DNA of 64,000 nucleotides from Escherichia coli (GTDB lineage Bacteria; Pseudomonadota; Gammaproteobacteria; Enterobacterales; Enterobacteriaceae): NCBI RefSeq assembly GCF_030013595.1, contig NZ_CP122768.1; one strand, 5' to 3'. Shown piece by piece: positions 61,031 to 64,000 of this stretch (position 1 is its first letter; each line of letters starts with the position of its first letter). The notes under the pieces were generated by a model. It saw only the letters and a program-made list of their open reading frames with translations, ran no database searches and was not told where the DNA came from. The position numbers and the translations under genes were made by a program.

Positions 61031-61049
61031 ATTATAAACTGGACTTCCC
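61031..61049 (-). promoter_or_regulatory. Candidate Zur box upstream of ykgM
   Basis: AT-rich imperfect palindrome ATGTTATA-TAA-TTATAAAC, ~115-135 bp upstream of the ykgM start; resembles the Zur consensus half-sites TGTTATA / TATAACA. Confidence 0.4.
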
Positions 61050-61338
61050 GAAAAAATCCATTAAATAAGAAGCGAGCCGTTGCGGAGGCTTGCTCTCTCC
61101 TTTAACCTCATGTGCAATATCCGTAACGCGCTCACATAAATCATCATCTGATAATATAACAACACCCATTATTTTATTCTGACCTAAAAACTTCTTATGA
61201 AATAAACGTTTACCCGACGTATCTGATCCCGCTGTTTTTACCTGTATCCTTTAACATACTTGAGAAGCCCGCTGAAAAAATATACCGTAAAGGCGGTTCT
61301 CTGTCTTCCATAAACCTGTCGGATAAGAAGGGCATTAA

Positions 61339-61467
61339 ATGAAAACCAAAAAAGTTATGATGATTGCACTGGTCAGCTCTGCGCTGGCTCTTTCAGGATG
61401 TGGAGCCATGGGCACAGCGATCAAAAAACGAAATCTGGAAGTAAAAACCCAGATGAGTGAAACCTGA
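61339..61467 (+). CDS. Small putative lipoprotein (42 aa)
   Basis: [25 protein letters not shown]...: signal peptide with lipobox LSGC; below the ORF-track size cutoff. Confidence 0.4.
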   Translation: MKTKKVMMIALVSSALALSGCGAMGTAIKKRNLEVKTQMSET

Positions 61468-61528
61468 GGTAGCCTGAGTTTAACGGACACTCCTTCCTGA
61501 AATAGAATGGCATCAGAAGGAGCTAATA

Positions 61529-61800
61529 ATGAGCAGAAAAACCCAACGTTACTCTAAAGAGTTCAAAGCCGAAGCTGTCAGAACGGTTCTTGAAAATCAA
61601 CTTTCGATCAGTGAAGGCGCTTCCCGATTATCTCTTCCTGAAGGCACTTTAGGACAATGGGTTACCGCCGCCAGAAAAGGGCTCGGTACTCCTGGTTCCC
61701 GCACGGTGGCTGAACTGGAATCTGAAATTCTGCAACTGCGTAAGGCGTTAAATGAAGCTCGCCTTGAGCGAGATATATTAAAAAAAGCAGCTGTAGATTC
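61529..61800 (+). pseudogene. IS3-family transposase OrfA (HTH) fragment, truncated
   Basis: MSRKTQRYSKEFKAEAVRTVLENQLSISEGASRLSLPEGTLGQWV...LRKALNEARLERDILKKA is a typical IS3 OrfA; no OrfB follows. Confidence 0.6.
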
Positions 61801-61861
61801 AATCTGTCAATGCAACACCCCTTTCAATTATCTCTTTCACTGCCCGCGACGGTATCGGTTA

Positions 61862-62078
61862 TCAGTTTGACCTGCTGGCTAACGGTGAAACCGTACTGCG
61901 TGATGCATCCGGCGAAAAACGCATCAAGGGTGAAAAAGACGGTCGTATGCTCATGAATGTTGGCCTGAATGCGGAAATTCGCGACAACATCCGCTTCGGT
62001 CTGGAGTTTGAAAAATCGGCATCTGGTAAGTACAACGTGGATAACGCGGTGAACGCCAACTTCCGTTATTCCTTCTGA
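61862..62078 (+). pseudogene. C-terminal fragment of an outer-membrane beta-barrel protein
   Basis: ...GLEFEKSASGKYNVDNAVNANFRYSF* with alternating hydrophobic pattern and terminal aromatic residue; no N-terminal part or signal peptide present. Confidence 0.4.
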
Positions 62079-62125
62079 TAAAAACAAGGGGCCGCCTGCC
62101 GGCCCTGATACAGAGGATGTTGTGA

Positions 62126-62743
62126 TTACTTACCCAGCATGCCCTGCTCTTCGATAAAGGCGATGATGTTTTGCAGACCTTCACCACTTTTCAGGTTAGT
62201 GAACCCCCATGGGCGTTCTCCGCGCATACGTAAAGTATCACGCTCCATTACCTCGAGGGAGGCGCCCACGTATGGTGCAAGGTCAGTTTTATTGATCACG
62301 AGGAAGTCGGATTTGGTGATCCCCGGACCGCCTTTACGCGGGATCTTTTCTCCTTCTGCCACATCTATGACATATATGGTAAGGTCCGCCAGTTCGGGGC
62401 TGAAGGTCGCACTCAGGTTGTCGCCGCCGCTTTCCACAAAGATCAGATCGAGATTACCAAATTTCTCACTCAGTGCTTCCACGGCTGCCAGATTCATTGA
62501 TGCGTCTTCACGAATGGCTGTATGAGGGCAGCCCCCCGTTTCGACACCGACAATGCGTTCCGCTTCCAGTGCTCCGGCCTCAGTGAGAATGCGTTGATCT
62601 TCTCTGGTGTAGATGTCGTTGGTGACTACGGCTAATTGCCAGGTGTCACGCATGGATTTGCAGAGGGCTTCCAGAAGCGCGGTTTTACCTGAGCCGACCG
62701 GACCGCCGACGCCGACACGCAGCGGTTGCTTGATTATGTTCAT
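62126..62743 (-). CDS. ureG: Urease accessory GTPase UreG
   Basis: 205 aa; P-loop GGPVGSGKT; conserved ...ESGGDNL... Confidence 0.9.
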   Translation of the reverse strand: MNIIKQPLRVGVGGPVGSGKTALLEALCKSMRDTWQLAVVTNDIYTREDQRILTEAGALEAERIVGVETGGCPHTAIREDASMNLAAVEALSEKFGNLDLIFVESGGDNLSATFSPELADLTIYVIDVAEGEKIPRKGGPGITKSDFLVINKTDLAPYVGASLEVMERDTLRMRGERPWGFTNLKSGEGLQNIIAFIEEQGMLGK

Positions 62744-62754
62744 TTTATTTTCTC

Positions 62755-63429
62755 CTAAGAACGGAATAATCGGGAATACTGGGTTTCATGTCGCGCGGAA
62801 GCGATAGATGCAAGTGGCGTTGCTGAACCAATTGCGTGATCCGGGGTTGCAAGGGCACTGTCCATGTTCGCCGCATAGCGGGCACACAGGCGCATAATTA
62901 ACTGCTGGGCAGCCAGCTGGCCGTAGGGTACCAGCCTGACGCCCGCCATCACTGCGCTTTCAATCCAGCTGTAGCCAAGGCTCAGGGCCAGGTCTGAAAC
63001 GGATATTTGCCAGCGTACGCCGAGCCATGCCATACCGGTTAACTGGCTTTGCTGGCATAGTTTGCGCCATTCGGCCGGGCAGTCGGGCTGCCAGTCGACC
63101 AGAAGTCTGGTGAAGGCTGCACCGCGGTTACGTTCTTCATCGCGTAGCTCACGGGTTTCCCTGCAGGCCAGCAGATAAGCGGTCCAGCGCCCGGCACTGT
63201 CAGGATCGCCCGCTTCACAGGCCCGGTATAGCCGGGCAAGCAGTGGCAGGTCGACGGCAAAAAAACTCTGTTCCATCTGCAACTGCTGCCAGTGTTCAAA
63301 GGCGGCGCTATCTTCTACCCAGCCTGCTTCCACTGCCCACTCCAGTCCCTGGGACCAGCTGTAGCCTCCAACAGGGAGGCTGTTACTGGCAAGCTGCATC
63401 AGCCGCAGACGTTTTTCCGGAGTCGGCAT
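62755..63429 (-). CDS. ureF: Urease accessory protein UreF
   Basis: 224-aa ORF between ureE and ureG; starts [34 protein letters not shown]. Confidence 0.8.
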   Translation of the reverse strand: MPTPEKRLRLMQLASNSLPVGGYSWSQGLEWAVEAGWVEDSAAFEHWQQLQMEQSFFAVDLPLLARLYRACEAGDPDSAGRWTAYLLACRETRELRDEERNRGAAFTRLLVDWQPDCPAEWRKLCQQSQLTGMAWLGVRWQISVSDLALSLGYSWIESAVMAGVRLVPYGQLAAQQLIMRLCARYAANMDSALATPDHAIGSATPLASIASARHETQYSRLFRS

Positions 63430-63894
63430 TCAGTGGCTGTGCTCCTGATCGTGATTATGGGCGTGCGACTTGCTGGCGTAAGCGCCGGCTTCCGGCTCAA
63501 ACGGAAGATGTGCAAAATCAACATCCAGCCCAAACTGGCGCAGCATATCATCGAGGACGTGATCGTGATGGTAGCGCAGCTCTCCGGGCATTATTTGCAG
63601 CGGAACGTGGCGATTGCCGAGATGCCAGCAGGCTTTCGCGAGCATAAAAGGATCTGCGCAGCGCACTACAGAAACGGCTTCATCAGCGGCGATCACCTTA
63701 ATGAATTCATCACCGTTTTCGTTACTGAGAATATCACCATCGCGCAGCAGCAGACCGCGTGGCAGCAACAGTCCAGCCTGACGTCCATCGTTAAGGGTGA
63801 CTTTAATACGGCTTTTTACCCGCATGTCAACAGGGAGGGTAACGCTGGCAGTTGTCTGAGCCGGGGTCTCCACCCGCCGGGTCAAATAAAGCAT
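63430..63894 (-). CDS. ureE: Urease accessory metallochaperone UreE
   Basis: 154 aa with His-rich C-terminus ...SKSHAHNHDQEHSH. Confidence 0.85.
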   Translation of the reverse strand: MLYLTRRVETPAQTTASVTLPVDMRVKSRIKVTLNDGRQAGLLLPRGLLLRDGDILSNENGDEFIKVIAADEAVSVVRCADPFMLAKACWHLGNRHVPLQIMPGELRYHHDHVLDDMLRQFGLDVDFAHLPFEPEAGAYASKSHAHNHDQEHSH

Positions 63895-63903
63895 TTGTGC
63901 TCC

Positions 63904-64000
63904 TTAAAACAGGAAATAACGTTGCGCCATTGGCAGAATGTCCGCCGGTTCACTGGTTATCAGTTCGCCGTTGATACGCACTTCGTAGGTTTGTGAATCC
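63904..64000 (-). CDS. ureC: Urease alpha subunit UreC, C-terminal end only (gene runs off window end)
   Basis: Minus-strand frame ends ...[11 protein letters not shown] with stop at 63904-63906. Confidence 0.7.
   Translation of the reverse strand, partial: DSQTYEVRINGELITSEPADILPMAQRYFLF

Overview
The window reads as a mosaic, IS-riddled enterobacterial (Escherichia coli-like) genomic island; its gene content resembles the ter/ure/iha/Ag43 'TAI'-type islands of pathogenic E. coli, but that is recalled from memory, not a database hit. All calls rest on manual reading of the six-frame ORF track and the sequence. From start to end: (1) a CP4-prophage-like module on the minus strand: RadC-like (partial), ArdB/KlcA-like antirestriction, DUF932, two AT-rich secreted/membrane genes, then a translationally coupled operon of dynamin-like GTPase + coiled-coil protein + patatin-like phospholipase, then Ag43 with its three-GATC phase switch and a YeeP-family GTPase. 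(2) An IS66-family element followed by a pile of IS66/IS3/IS481 fragments. (3) A minus-strand array: unknown protein, PerC-like regulator, ParB/DGQHR-like protein, PAPS-reductase/DndC-like PP-loop protein, a large SF1 helicase with a C-terminal Vsr/DUF559-like endonuclease domain, and a two-partner-secretion remnant. (4) Small prophage-type genes, an IS1, an orphan iroB, AlpA, and IS3 debris in AT-rich DNA. (5) The adhesin/siderophore receptor gene iha, terZABCDE with a truncated terF, and a divergent ter-linked biosynthetic cluster (ATP-grasp, two PRTase-like, HAD, HpcH/CitE-like, DUF4236, TerW-like). (6) An IS66 nested inside another IS66 with a perfect 8-bp target duplication, structured non-coding repeats, a second IS1, the Zur-type L31 paralogue ykgM, and the 3' end of a urease operon (ureC partial, ureE, ureF, ureG). 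The two strongest candidates for an undescribed system are the dynamin/coiled-coil/patatin operon (4037-8393) and the ParB-like + PAPS-reductase-like pair adjacent to the helicase-nuclease fusion (18390-23427). No rRNA, tRNA or CRISPR array was recognised.
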